Below are positions 1-14,473 of a stretch of 64,000 nucleotides of DNA, in pieces. Each line of letters opens with the position of its first letter. The stretch's first letter is position 1. This stretch comes from Eledone cirrhosa (Eukaryota): positions 34,162,001 through 34,226,000 of the forward strand of contig OZ024751.1 of the NCBI GenBank assembly GCA_964016885.1, read 5' to 3'. Below the pieces are notes generated by a model. The model worked only from the letters and a program-made list of their open reading frames with translations. It made no database searches and was not told the origin of the DNA. The translations under genes and the position numbers were made by a program.

Positions 1-158
1 TATGTATATGTATGTATATTTATATATATATATATATATGTGTATGTATATATATATATATATACATATATATACATGTGTATGTATATATATATACATG
101 TGTATGTATATATATATATATATATACATGTGTTTGTATATATATATATATACATGTG

Positions 159-211
<53 letters not shown>

Positions 212-302
212 GTGTATATATATATATATACATATATATACATGTGTATGTATATATATATATACATATGTATGTATATATATATATAGATATATGCATG
301 TG

Positions 303-338
<36 letters not shown>

Positions 339-383
339 GTGACGAAACATAAGTCAATTGCATGAACTCATAATCATTTATTT

Positions 384-439
384 ACTGCTATATATATTTC
401 GATGACAGCCATTGAATGACTATGACCTCATCAGGCAGT
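384..439 (-). ncRNA. Minimal type I hammerhead ribozyme
   Basis: Minus strand reads ACTGC-CTGATGA-[stem II ggtcatagtcattcaatggctgtcatc]-GAAA-TATATATA-GCAGT. Stem I is ACTGC/GCAGT, stem III is palindromic, and the predicted cleavage triplet is AUA. Confidence 0.8.
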
Positions 440-557
440 TAGTCAGTTCTTAGATATGCCAGCTCTGTGTTTATAGTTTTGATGGTATCAGAGCCTTGGG
501 ACATATTGATACCATCAACACTATAAACACAGTGCTGGCATATCTAAGAACTGACTA

Positions 558-613
558 ACTGCCTATTGAGGTCATAGCCATTCAATGGCTATCATCGAAA
601 TATATATAGCAGT
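558..613 (+). ncRNA. Hammerhead ribozyme with a mutated core (CTATTGA), probably inactive
   Basis: Mirror copy of 384-439 with CTGATGA changed to CTATTGA; the stems are retained. Confidence 0.65.
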
Positions 614-730
614 AAATAAAGGATTATGAGTTCATGAAATTGACTTATGTTTCGTCAGTATTATAACTCCAGAACTTATATCTTCGTAGAGTGCTCCCTA
701 TCCGCATACTGAAGTAGTGGATTTTACCAA

Positions 731-771
<41 letters not shown>

Positions 772-824
772 TGGGAAAGTAAGAAATCGGAGAATAGACC
801 GTTAAAACATGTGTATTTAAAACA

Positions 825-864
825 GCACCTACGTACGTTTCGCCCAGTTGGGCTTCTCAAGGGC
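825..864 (-). ncRNA. Type I hammerhead ribozyme, U3-A8 core variant
   Basis: Minus strand reads GCCC-TTGAGAA-GCCCAACTGGGC-GAAA-CGTACGTA-GGTGC. Stem III is the palindrome ACGTACGT and the triplet is GUA; stem I is imperfect. Confidence 0.65.
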
Positions 865-1855
865 ATAAAAAATCAAAAGTGTTCCTTACATTGCTCGGAA
901 AGAGTTTTTGGGGTTAAATCCACGTCAAGGTTCATTGCTCGCAAAAATAGCTTGTTTTGATTTTGCAGCAGGTCAAGGGAGGTAACTCTGGCCGGTGTTA
1001 GGGCAGTCTTTCCCGGACAAATTTTTTTTATCTTGGCTGCCCCATTTCCGTGCTTTCTACATTTCTTAGTGGTATCTTTGCTTTAATTTCCCGTATATCA
1101 GTAATTTTTTTTAGGGGGGGGGGGGGGGGGTTCTGAATTAATTTTCCCTATCAAATTTTTCATATACTTCGTACGAGCATTTATGTGGTTTGCACTAGAA
1201 TTTTTGTATCGTAGCGGCACCCTTAGAGATAGTATTAGTATTCATTTTCGGGATTCTGAATTATTATTTCGTATTAGTTTATTTTTTTGCACTGGGTGGT
1301 TGCTGGCCTTGTGCCTAGGGTAGAAACAATTATTTCGTATTAGTCTCGGGACTCTGAATTATTATTTTGTGGTAGTTTCTTTAGTATTTTGGCCCCCCAC
1401 TTGTTGATCTGTCACCGTAAGATATACTCGGTTGATTACTACTAACTCTTAAAATGGTCTCATTATAATTCCGTCCCACCTAGTAAACTTTTCTATAGTT
1501 GAGCAGTACCAGTGAGAGACTTGATGACTGTCGTTAGGGAAAAGTAACCAGAAATTGTTTTTTTTTTTAACCTTTTAACATTCTCGGTATTCTTCTATAT
1601 ATTTACCCCATATTGTTTTACTTATTGTTTCGACTTCCTCCCCCTCCCCCTCCCTAGTATACTTGCTTGACCTCCTACCCTGCTGTAGTTGGCACTATCA
1701 ACGCACGACTGGGTTTCCACCACCCCCTCTCCCTCTTTATTCTACTGGCAGGTTCAGCTACCCCTTCCTTCCACAAATTGCCATGATAGAATTATGTGTC
1801 TCAACAACAAACTTTTGACCAATCCTTGTGACAATCACTTTTACCATATATGGAA

Positions 1856-1953
1856 TTAACTCCTGAGAAGCTCGGCTATTCATATACCAGGATAAAAATG
1901 TTCATTTAGTCCAGAATTAGCCGTCGAAACGGCTTGAGCTCAGCCGTCGGGGT
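1856..1953 (+). ncRNA. Type I hammerhead-like motif with long stem II and a GUC site; core slightly degenerate
   Basis: Sequence is ttaactcCTGAGAA g..cggcta...tagccgtc GAAA CGGCT tgagctc AGCC GTC ggggt. A related 3' half lies at 16692-16735. Confidence 0.55.
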
Positions 1954-1964
1954 GCTACTCGTTC

Positions 1965-3054
<1,090 letters not shown>

Positions 3055-3398
3055 GGAGGCACATGGCTTAGTGGTTAGAGCATTGGCCTTGCAATCGAAA
3101 GGTTGTGAGTTTCAATTCTCAGACCAGGTGATGTGTTGTTTCCTTGAGCAAGACACTTTATTTCACATTGCTCCAGTTTACTCAGCTGTAGAAATGAGAT
3201 GATAGGGACTGGGGTCCCTATCATTCCACTGTAAAGTGGTTGTGGTGGTGCCACGGAAAAAAGCACCCAGCACTCACTGTAAATGAGGTTGTTGTTAGGA
3301 AGGGCATCCAGCTGTAAAAATCAAGCCAGAATCAGTTCCCGTCCCATCCTTGCAAGCAGGGAAAAGCGGACATAAAATGAAATGATGATGATGATGAT
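3055..3398 (+). mobile_element. tRNA-derived SINE (CORE/V-like central motif, (GAT)n tail)
   Basis: A-box-like TGGCTTAGTGG, B-box-like GTTTCAATTC, central TCCTTGAGCAAGACACTT and an ATGATGATG tail. Confidence 0.7.
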
Positions 3399-3406
3399 AT
3401 ATATAT

Positions 3407-3471
<65 letters not shown>

Positions 3472-3899
3472 TATAGATATATATATATACATAGATATAG
3501 ATATATATATGTATAAGAAAAATGGAGTGCTGCGTGGTTGCACATGATATATATATTGAATGGGGAGTCAATTTTCATCTTAGAACATAGAATGCTTCTC
3601 TTCAATTCAGCGATAATAAATTTTACATGGCGAACACATAATGAGATTTTAGGCTTACTTCAATTTTTTCCTATTCCCATTTTATATATTTGTTTATGTA
3701 GTCACATTATTATTATTATTATTGGTTTTATTGTTATTGTTCTTGTTGTCGTCGTTGTTGTGATCGCCGCTGTTGTTGTCGTTGTTATCACCGTTACTGT
3801 TGTTGTTGTCGGCCTGTTATTGTTTTCACTTTTACATCTTCATATTCTTGATCTTGGTTTTCTTCTTCTTCACACTCCTCCATTTGTTGTATCAATATC

Positions 3900-4220
3900 A
3901 AATTATTTCTCACACATACATTATTTCTCTCTCACACACATACATTATTTGTCACTCACACCACACACATATTTGTCTCTCACACCACACATACATTATT
4001 TGTCACTCACACCACACATATTATTTGTCACTCACACCACACATACATTATTTCACACTCACCACACACGCACACATACATTATTTCACACTCACACCAC
4101 ACACACACATAGATTATTTCACACTCACCACACGCACACATACATTATTTCACACTCACACCACACACGCACACATACATTATTTCACACTCACCACACA
4201 CGCACACAGATTATTTCATA
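3900..4220. repeat. Degenerate ~25-30 bp tandem repeat (catacattatttcacactcacaccacac)
   Basis: About 11 diverged units are visible. Confidence 0.8.
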
Positions 4221-5139
4221 CACAAACTTCTTTGATTTTTTAAATATTTTCACATTATTCATTCTTTTTTCTTTTCTTTCTTCATGATTCTCTTTCGATT
4301 TTTTTGTTTTGTTTTTTCAGTCTTATCTATTTTCTCTTCTTCTGCTTCTTTTTCTCCATTTCTTCTTCTTCACCTTCATTTCTTCGCCGTCTTTTTCGTT
4401 TCCTTCTTTTTTTCTTGTCTTTCCATTTAACTACTTTGTCCTTTATTCTCCCTTTTTACTTTATTATTCTAACTCGACTCCTTCAACTTCTCCTATCCTT
4501 TTTCTTATTCTTCTTCTAGTAGCCTTTTACTCTAATTATTAGTATTGTTGTTGTTTCTGTACACCACGCCTGTTTTTGTTCTGTAAGTTTGTTATTTTTC
4601 ACCTGTTTTACAAATGTTTTTGTTTGAAACTTTTAGATATTTCTGTGTCTAAGGTGACCAACCTCTGAGGGAGTTGGCATTCTCTCGTTTCCTTCATCCC
4701 CTAAAGGGTTAAAGTTACATTTCGTTGTGTCGTCGTCGTAACACCCCCACCCCGCAAACCCCACCCACACCCAATTAAAACTATATGGCGGATACCGAAG
4801 TTTCTTCTCCTAGGAAGAGCTTCAATTATATGTAGGAGAAAAGCGAAAACAACAACGTCACCATTGTCACCGCCACCACTACAGACACCACCAACAGCAA
4901 CAATAACAACAACAGCAGTAACAATAGTAGCAACAACAGCAGCAACAATAGTAGCAACAACAACAATAGTAATAGCAGTAGGAGGTATATGTAAACTTGA
5001 TTTTCCGCCTCTGTCAAGGTCTTCCATCGGGAACAACAACAACAACAACAACATATGTAATAAAAATAATGACAACAACAGTGACAACAACAACAATGAT
5101 TATTTCTGTATTGGGCACTAGGGCAGAAACCTAAAGGAC

Positions 5140-5660
5140 CACACAAAAGAACGGGGACAATGGAGATTTACATAAAACTAGTAAAACTAGAAAACAGGTA
5201 ACAAAAATAAATAACATAATTTCCCAATAGGGGGAGAATTACCCAAGAGTAGTTTGGGAATCCCAACTATCCGAAATCACCTTAATCCCCAAGAGCCGCC
5301 AAGGAAGATGCCATACTATCTCTGAATTCTCAAATCTACTGGCGCATTCACAAAGTAGGTCCATTCACTTGGTCATCCTCACTATATGGAACTTCAAAAG
5401 TTGATGGTTTAGCCGAAAAGGAAAGTATCTAACTTCAATCCTTTCAGTCTCAATGATGGCCACCACATCTTTGTTCAGTGAACTAATATCGTTGAGCCGG
5501 TGGCTCTGCTTTCAAGACGATCCTAGAATATTTTCATTTACACAGCCTATCCTGAGTGGGACCATGTTCGATTAAGAGGAAGAAAAAGCGATCATTTACC
5601 CTAAACTTGTGGAGGGCAGACAGTTGATCCGTCGCTCCCTACAGTTGTGAGCACCTCCAC
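5140..5660 (-). pseudogene. Possible decayed L1/Tx1-like LINE 3' fragment
   Basis: Minus-strand remnant reading roughly LRLKGLKLDTFLF, with stops; weak recognition only. Confidence 0.3.
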
Positions 5661-5679
5661 AATAATCTTACTACATAAC

Positions 5680-5897
5680 AATAATGATTTCTAGTATAGG
5701 CACAAGGCCAGTAATTTTTGTTGGGGGGGGGACGTCGATTAAATCGACCCCAGTGCATTACTGGTACGTCATTTTATCGACCCCGCAAGGATGAAAGGCA
5801 AAGTTAACCTCGGCGGGATTTGAACTCAGAACGTAAAGGGCCGTAACTAAATACTGCAATGCATTTTGTCAGACGCTCCACCGATTCTGCCAATCTC
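5680..5897 (-). mobile_element. tRNA-derived SINE with a Nin/Deu-type domain
   Basis: Minus strand has an A box TGGCAGAATCGG, a B box GAGTTCAAATCCC and the core TTTGCCTTTCATCCTTGCGGGGTCGATAAAA. Many copies occur in the window. Confidence 0.8.
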
Positions 5898-6581
5898 TCT
5901 CAAATACATAATAACTACATCAACAACAATAATACTCATACTAATCTTACAGACAATATATATTTATCAACGTTCCTACAATACATTTTAGATATTTAAA
6001 TATTTTTATATTTTTTATATTTCAAATAAATAAATAAATTGTCTTCCGAAAATCCAGTGATGATATTTGTATATAATGTAATATGACAAATTGCTGCATC
6101 AATATTATGTATGCAGAATAGAAAAAATAGATGGATGAGCTCACCTTTTCTTTAAGCATAACGGTTTCAGATTTAGGCATAAGGCCAACATATGCAGAAT
6201 AGAAATGGTTGAGTTCACCATCACATTCTACTGCCCACAGAACTTCGTCTCACTTATAGCAAGCAAAATCTTGCCACTTGGAAGCAACAAGTATAAACAT
6301 ATACATATATATACTGATATATTATAAATATATATATATATATATATATATGCACGTGCGTATGTGTGTCTCTTTCTATATCAATATGTTTAATGGTTTG
6401 TAAGCAAAATAAGTTAATGTCCTTTTCAATGAATATATATATTCCTCTTGCTTTTGTTGTTGTTGTTGTTTGTTTTGTGAATCCTGTTTTATTTTTGGGA
6501 TTTAAGGCGTCATTTGCTTACAATATATTTGTATGCATACACATACATATATGTACACAGAGACATATATATGTATGTGTG

Positions 6582-6692
<111 letters not shown>

Positions 6693-7254
6693 TATTTTAT
6701 TTTATTTGTTCAGCAATGCACATGTGTTGCTGCAGTAAATTGAGTTAATTTTCTCTCTACATTCAGCAACGTGTCACACATTTATCATTTCATACCAATA
6801 TTTTATTTGTAGCCATGTAATTTGTCGACACCAAGCTTCTGTTGTCACCTTTCTTTTGTAGCCATATCCCATCACTATACATCTATCATTCTTAGCCATC
6901 ATTCTTAACCATCTATTTTTCCTAACCTCGTAGCCATCCATCATTCCTAATCATTCGTCAATTTTGGGAATTTGACCTCTGTAGACTTATCTCATTAGAG
7001 AACATCTGCTGTTCACGGTTATATGTCATTCCTCTGTAGCTCTTTCTAAACATGTCATTCGTCGTTATATGATATGTGACTCTGTAGCTATCTCTAAACA
7101 TCTGTGATTCGTCGTTATATATGTGACATGTTATCTGTGGTTATCTGTAACTAGCTCTCTAAATATCTGTCACTCATGGTTATATAAGATGTAACATCCG
7201 TAGTCATCTGTCCTCTCTAAACAGAAGAGAAAGGAAGTGAGAGAATGATATAAA

Positions 7255-7405
7255 GAAAGAATCGACCCCATTACTATACTGGTACATTGTTTATCGATCA
7301 CGAAAGGAAGAGAGGCAAAGTTGACTTCGGCAGTACTTGAACTTAGAGAGCAGAGAGCCGGAATGAATACCGCAAAGAATTCTATTTGCCAATACGCCAC
7401 CTTGC
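7255..7405 (-). mobile_element. Diverged copy of the Nin-type SINE
   Basis: ctggtacattgtttatcgatc...ggcaaagttgacttcggc matches the 5680 copy. Confidence 0.6.
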
Positions 7406-8220
7406 CCAGTTTCTGTCTTCCAAATTTTAGTCTCAATGTATTGGTGAAACCGAGGCTATAGCAATAGTAGAAGGTAATTACCCAAAGTACCAAGTAGTGG
7501 AACTGAAACAGAAACACGACAAAAATGGGGTCAACAAATGAATTCCTTAAAATACAACTATTTAAATTCCAGTCACACGCTGAAAACTCACCGCTTTAAT
7601 TTTCCCATTTGAGATTTCAAGAAAATAAATTCTATTAACAGCCACCATCAGCACATCTAAGTCATTCTTAATTATGAGTATGTTAAAACAAGTTTTCATT
7701 TCAGTACAATTCTACAGAAGACGTCAACGAGCTAGATTTATGGTGTCTCTACCGAAAGACGTCGTCTTAACTGTGATAAATAAATTTAATAATTTTCACG
7801 AATTCAGCAAAATTTCTATCTTCAGACTTTTAGGTTTTTTTTTATTGTATTGCTTTTTATTAAGAAAAAGTAATACGCAATTCAATGGCGCCAAATTATA
7901 TTTTCAAAACACACATACATATGTGTGTGTGTGTGTGTGTGTGTATTATATACAAAGAGAGAGAGAGAGAAGAGGAGAGGGGGAGGTGATAGGGGGAGGG
8001 GAGAGGGAGGAGAGGAGGGAGAAAAGAGATGGGGGTATGGGTGGGGGGGGAGATAGGGGGGAGAGAGGCGAGAGAGAGGGGGAGAGACAGAGCGTTATAT
8101 AAGGAAATCGTAATTTTTGTTTGCAAACCCATAATATGCCAATCACAATATATATTCCCGCAAGGAAATATAGAAAATGTCCATCTTTTTTTTAGCTAGA
8201 ACCCTAAATATGCACGCATG

Positions 8221-8345
8221 TGGTTGACTGCTGAGAGAAAAGAGTACTCAATACCGAATTAGAGTTTTAATATTCATTTTATTATGGTTAAATAGTGAGT
8301 CTTGTTACTCTGTACTTTCGCCTGTTTATCTCAGGGTCATCAGTG
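8221..8345 (-). mobile_element. PLE-type end with a decayed hammerhead and tail; same family as 41390-41576
   Basis: High similarity to 41390-41500. Minus strand reads CTGATGA-ccctgagataaacaggc-GAAA. Confidence 0.6.
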
Positions 8346-8469
8346 TGAAGCGTGTACTGAAGTAGCTAAATGCAGTCATCGATGTCCACACAAATAGTAC
8401 ACCACGTGGTGTTATACCAGTGACATTTGGTGTCGTTGAATCCAGCAATCATTTTGAGGTTTTCTGACC

Positions 8470-8710
8470 ACTGTAACCAAGGCAACTATAATCAAACAAC
8501 TGTAACCAAGACAACTGTTATAAAGACAACTGTAACCAAGATTAAATGTTATCAAGACAACAGTAAGTAAGGCAACTATTAACTAGACCACTGTAACCAA
8601 GGCGACGGTAACCATCAACATGTGTGGCACCATTGTGTTAATCACATTATAACACAGACTATTGTAACCAAGGTAATTGTAGCCAAGACAACTGTAACCA
8701 AGGCAACAGT
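8470..8710. repeat. Degenerate short tandem repeat (actgtaaccaaggcaac)
   Basis: The motif recurs about 10 times. Confidence 0.7.
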
Positions 8711-8926
8711 TACGATCATTATATTGTGTGATGTCATTTGAATGATACTATATTTTATTGCTTACAACAGAGTTTCGTAGAGAATAGATAAATATATATA
8801 TTATATATGTTATATACCTCTGGTTTATGTTTATAGGTGTGTATATATGAATGGATGAGTGTATTGCATGTATGTTTGCATGTGTGTATGTATGCATATT
8901 TACACACGCTTGTGCGTATAGTCATC

Positions 8927-9093
<167 letters not shown>

Positions 9094-9149
9094 ATACAAA
9101 TATATATACATATAAATATCTAATATATATTCATATGTTTGAAATTTCT

Positions 9150-9192
<43 letters not shown>

Positions 9193-9780
9193 GTTTTGCA
9201 ATTATTTGTTAACCAAAGAAGAGAGCGGCAGAACAGAGATAGAAATATTGGAAGGTGGAAAGCATCAAACCTTTATTATTTTCTTAAAAGGATTCAAATG
9301 TTCGCTTCTTCCTTCATATTTGTTATTTTGTTATTTTTATGTTCATATTTTGATTTGTTTGATGTTATTTTACTTTTCCCCATTTCCAATAAAATATGGA
9401 ATCCTACGCAACATTGTTAAATGTGATACATTTACTGCTGTTTTTAGATGATGGCGTGTGGTGATACGATAGAGAGGGGCATAAAGGGAGATAACAGAGA
9501 CACACCTTTCTATTCTCTTAGACGCATGTGTATGGGCAAGTAAGTGGGAATGCATGTGTGTAACTATGTGAGTGCATGTGTGTATGTGCGTATTTGTATG
9601 TATGTTTGTGTGAATGTGTGTGTGTATGTGAGTGTGTATATGTGAGTGTATGTGAGTGTGTGTATGCGTTCGTGCAAACATGTGTGTGCGCGCGCGCTCG
9701 TACGCCTGTATGTATGATGCAATAGCTGTCAAACTTAAATTGGTGCATATGTATATACAAACATACACACATATAACACA

Positions 9781-10345
9781 CATGGTGGCTTCCAACTCGT
9801 TTTCGAGTACGGCCACTACTTTATATCCATGTAGGAGAACCCCTACCAATGCGCTGAACGAGTGTGGCTTTTTAGTCCAGCCAGCGACTTGAAAACTCTG
9901 GTACAAACACTACACTTGTGACAATTATTGACACATAGTGCTGGGCCCATGGTACCATGTGACAAGTGCAGAGAGATCTCCAGACATAAAGCAATGCCTG
10001 TGCCGTGAAGCTTTTATAGTGAGCAAAGGGACTGCACAAAGCCAGTCCCACTCTCTTAACCAAGATGATATTTACCATCAGGGTTGCAGGTGTTATATCA
10101 GAGTTTTCCTTCTCCTAGAATTCTGCCTTGACAAAGGCTAAGGTGTCATCTCTCCCGGTGATTTTGGATGGCCATTTACTCTTAAGAGCTCCTTTGCCCT
10201 TTGACAGGTTTTGTTTTTAGTCCTGCAGGATGTCCAAAGTCACCCTCCTCACCAAGAAACCTTGGTGGGGTTGTCAGTTTAGTCGCCAACGACCCGACCA
10301 TGAGGCAGGTTGTACTGGGATACATGTTACCAGTAGCACCAACTG
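9781..10345 (-). mobile_element. Non-autonomous RTE-related retroposon, copy 1
   Basis: Near-identical to 10801-11400 and, inverted, to 34492-34824. Minus strand carries CTAGGAGAAGGAAAACTCTG, a motif typical of RTE 5' UTRs. Confidence 0.6.
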
Positions 10346-10364
10346 GTGACCTGACATATATATG

Positions 10365-10470
10365 TATATGGCGACGTACACAAATATACATATACACACA
10401 TACATACATATATGGCGACGTACACAAGTATACATACATACATACATACATACATACATACATACATACA

Positions 10471-10503
<33 letters not shown>

Positions 10504-10800
10504 GGCGACGTACACAAATATACATATACACACATACATATATGGCGACGTACACAACTATACATATACACACATACATACATGTATATATGGCGATGTA
10601 CACAAATATACATATACACACATACATACATATATGGCGACGTACACAAATATACATATACACACATACATATGTGGCGATCGTACACAAATATACATAT
10701 ACACACATACATACATATATGGCGATGTACACAAATATACATATACACACATACATACATACATACATACATATATGGCGACGTACAAAAATATACATAT
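10365..10800. repeat. ~40-bp minisatellite (tatggcgacgtacacaaatatacatatacacacatacata)
   Basis: About 9 units between the two retroposon copies. Confidence 0.85.
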
Positions 10801-11400
10801 ACATGGTGGCTGCCAACTCGTTTTCGAGTACGACCACTACTTTATATCCATGTAGGAGTACCCCTACCGATGCGCTGAACGAGTGTGACTTTTTAGTCCA
10901 GCCAGCGACTTGAAAACTCTGGTACAAACACTACACTTGTGACAATTATTGACACATAGTGCTGAGCCCATGGTAACATGTGATGACAAATGCAGAGAGT
11001 TCTCCAGATATAAGGCAATGTCTGTGCCGTGAAGCTTTTATAGTGAGCAAAGGCATTGCACAAAGCCAGTCCCACTCTCTTAACCAAGATGATATTTACC
11101 AATAAGAAGAACAAGTCAACATCATTGGATAGCATCAGCGTTGCAGGTGTTATATCAGAGTTTTCCTTCTCCTAGAATTCTGCCTTGACAAAGGCTAAGG
11201 TGTCATCTCTCCCGGTGATTTTGGATGGCCATTGACTCTTAAGTGCTCCTTTGCCCTTTGACAGGTTTTGTTTTTAGTCCTGCAGGATGTCCAAAGTCAC
11301 CCTCCTCACCAAGAAACCTTGGTGGGGTTGCCAGTTTAGTCGCCAACGACCCGACCATGAGACAGGTTATACTGGCATACATGTTACCAGTAGCACCAAT
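10801..11400 (-). mobile_element. Non-autonomous RTE-related retroposon, copy 2 (tandem)
   Basis: Direct repeat of 9781-10345 with an extra ~35 bp near 11101-11135. Confidence 0.6.
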
Positions 11401-12230
11401 AACACACATACACACATATATACATCCATATACATACTCACGCACTTCCAGATACACGTGTCTAAGTGCAGAGTATAGAATGGTGTGTTTCTGTTATCTC
11501 CCTTTATTCCCGTCTCTTTCGTACTTACATCACTACACGCCATCATCTAACAAGACAACTGTTACAAAAACAACTTTAACAAACAGTCTTCTAATTTATG
11601 AAAGAAAGTGAAGTTGGTGGTGAATTATATACGGTATATGATATATAATGTTATATATGGTATATATTATACGATGTATATTATTATATATTACTCATGA
11701 CCTAAAGTGGTGGAAGGGAAGTTGGTTCAAACTGAAGACGTAGTCCGCGTTCTTGCACGAGAACGAACTCCAGAAACGACACCAAAGGGTCAGATGTTGA
11801 TTTTAAAGCAGATAAATTTTTATATAAATCACCTTTCTCGGTAAACAGTTTCTTACGGCCATGTATTCCTCGCCTATATATCAGTTCTTTGGTGAACTCA
11901 CTACAGTAGGATAAACAACTTCAATATAGACAAACGACTTGTTCTTCAGTGAAAACAATAAATAAAAAGCTATATATAATATATTTATTATGTATAAACA
12001 TATATATATAACCTTACTGTGTAGATTATCAGATCGGACCTAGGAAACAATGTTTCCATTGATCTTTCCATTGTTGATACTATCTGCTGGGCGCAATGTG
12101 AAATAAAGTATTTTACTAAAAAAACACGATGTGCCGCCCGATTGTAAGTCTCGTATCCTCACCACTTTCAACGTTTTTAGCATTTCATCTTTGTGTACAC
12201 ACACGCACACACACACACACACACACACAT

Positions 12231-12299
<69 letters not shown>

Positions 12300-12368
12300 T
12301 ATATATAGATATACATACACACACACATATATATACATACACACACACACACATATATATATACACAG

Positions 12369-12401
<33 letters not shown>

Positions 12402-12414
12402 CACACGCACACAC

Positions 12415-12455
<41 letters not shown>

Positions 12456-12578
12456 CATACATACACACACACACATATATATATATACATACACACACAC
12501 ACATATATATACATACACACACACACATATACATACACACACACACATATATATACATACACACACACACATATATAT

Positions 12579-12629
<51 letters not shown>

Positions 12630-12645
12630 TACACACACACACATG

Positions 12646-12685
<40 letters not shown>

Positions 12686-13596
12686 ATACAGATTGCTGCC
12701 TTCACGCGTTTTTCTATGCGTATGACTAACCAAATATGCTTTTTTGGTTTGTTTGTTTGTTTTTTAGTGAGGATACTTTTTGTCGACATCTTCGCATGAC
12801 ATTTTGTAATACAATTTTCAATAAATTTCCATAGTTCTTCAATAGCTTCGATTTTTGTTTCTGCATCCTACTCATAGTCATCTATTACCTCAACCTCTCT
12901 TATATTTTCTTGTCATCCTTCAAGACAGAAAACAGTTGTTTCTTATATTCACTTTCATAACTATTTTTCTATTAATTTCTCTCCTTCTTTACATATGTTT
13001 CTAAGCCTACGGTAGATATTACAATAATTTGTTATGTTTCAGTTTCAGCAGACTCCCTACTGTTTCAGTATCTCTAGCAAATATAATTTATTCTGTGTTA
13101 GCTTTTGGCCAGTTTACTCTAAATACAGTTATTTTGTTTTGTTCTATTTTGTTTCCCTGTCTAGACTGACTTACTAATTCACTTAACTTCCAGCTAATAA
13201 TATTAGCACTGTATAACTTATTACTAGAACAGTTTACAGTATTTTTACATAATGCCAGAGTGGTTTGATCCCGATTCTCTGTTTTAAGGATTAATTTATT
13301 AATATCGTTTAAAATATTCTGTCGGTGCCATACACATACTTTTGTGCGGTTTATCGACCCCGAAAGGATGTAAGGCAAGGTTGACCTCGACGGGATTTTA
13401 ACTCAAAGCGCTGTTGTTTAGACTTATTTCTATTTTATCGTAGTTATATTTTATCTTCCTACCGAGAATAATCCGATGGTCAATAGGAAGATACATTGTG
13501 ATTATGAATCTCTGTTTCTCCGGATCTTTTACGTCGATCTATTATTTGTTTTTAAAATGATAATCTTTACAACATTCTACTCTTATGTTTTGTACA

Positions 13597-13790
13597 TAAT
13601 TGTTTCTACTTTTGGCACAAGGCCAGCAATTATCCCAGTGTATTACTGGTACTTTATTTTATCGATCCCGTAAGGATGAAAGGCAAAGTTAACCTCGGCT
13701 GGATTTGAACTCAGACCGTAAAAGGACGTAACTCTATGCTGCAAAGCATGGTGTCCAACTCTCTACCGATACTGCCAATCCACCGCCCTT
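13597..13790 (-). mobile_element. Nin-type tRNA SINE
   Basis: Closely matches 22172-22370 and 51127-51310; a partial copy lies at 13335-13410. Confidence 0.8.
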
Positions 13791-14094
13791 TTTCACATCA
13801 TTGTTTTGTACATAATAATGTGAAATTGGGTGGACTGAAACTCCGCAGCAACCCATCACATATGGAAGTGCGTTTAGTGTTTGTTTATATTCCGTAACAT
13901 AGCGGCTTGACAAAAGGAGATCGATAAAATAAGTACCAAACTTCAGAAAAATATGTACCAGAATCGATGATAGGATCCACTGAATACAGCATGGTCAAAA
14001 TCTAATGACTGAAAACAATAAAAGTGAGAGAGAGAAGTAGGTACATTACCAAATGAGTTAAAGCTCAACATATTAATCACATATGGAAAAATAC

Positions 14095-14138
<44 letters not shown>

Positions 14139-14356
14139 AGTTAATAGTTGGTGAAAATTAAAAGCCAACTCATTCTTCCTGAGAATATTTTAGTTACAAG
14201 TCTGTTTGGTGTATTACCATTTCTGACATTACATTCTTAAACTGTTCCTACAAAAATACTACAGTCCCTTCTACCAACATATTTCACTGTTCTATCATTC
14301 ACTCATTGAATGCCTTTTATTTGATGTGTGTGTGTGTATGTATGTATGTGTGTATA

Positions 14357-14473
<117 letters not shown>

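Larger units (their letters stand above)
340..733. mobile_element. PLE-derived fold-back element: inverted repeat (340-490 / 507-657) plus a one-sided tail to ~733, inside (TA)n
   Basis: The ~150-bp arms are reverse complements with a few mismatches. Each arm holds a hammerhead motif next to an AATAAA-like signal, and TA tracts flank both sides. Confidence 0.8.

Noticed and set aside
5680-5897. tRNA genes at A/B-box motifs
   Set aside because: They do not form cloverleaves and continue into SINE bodies found in many copies.
12780-13330. Minus-strand protein-like stretch (DAETKIEAIEELWKFIENCITK)
   Set aside because: Interrupted by stops, and I cannot assign a family; at most an old TE relic.
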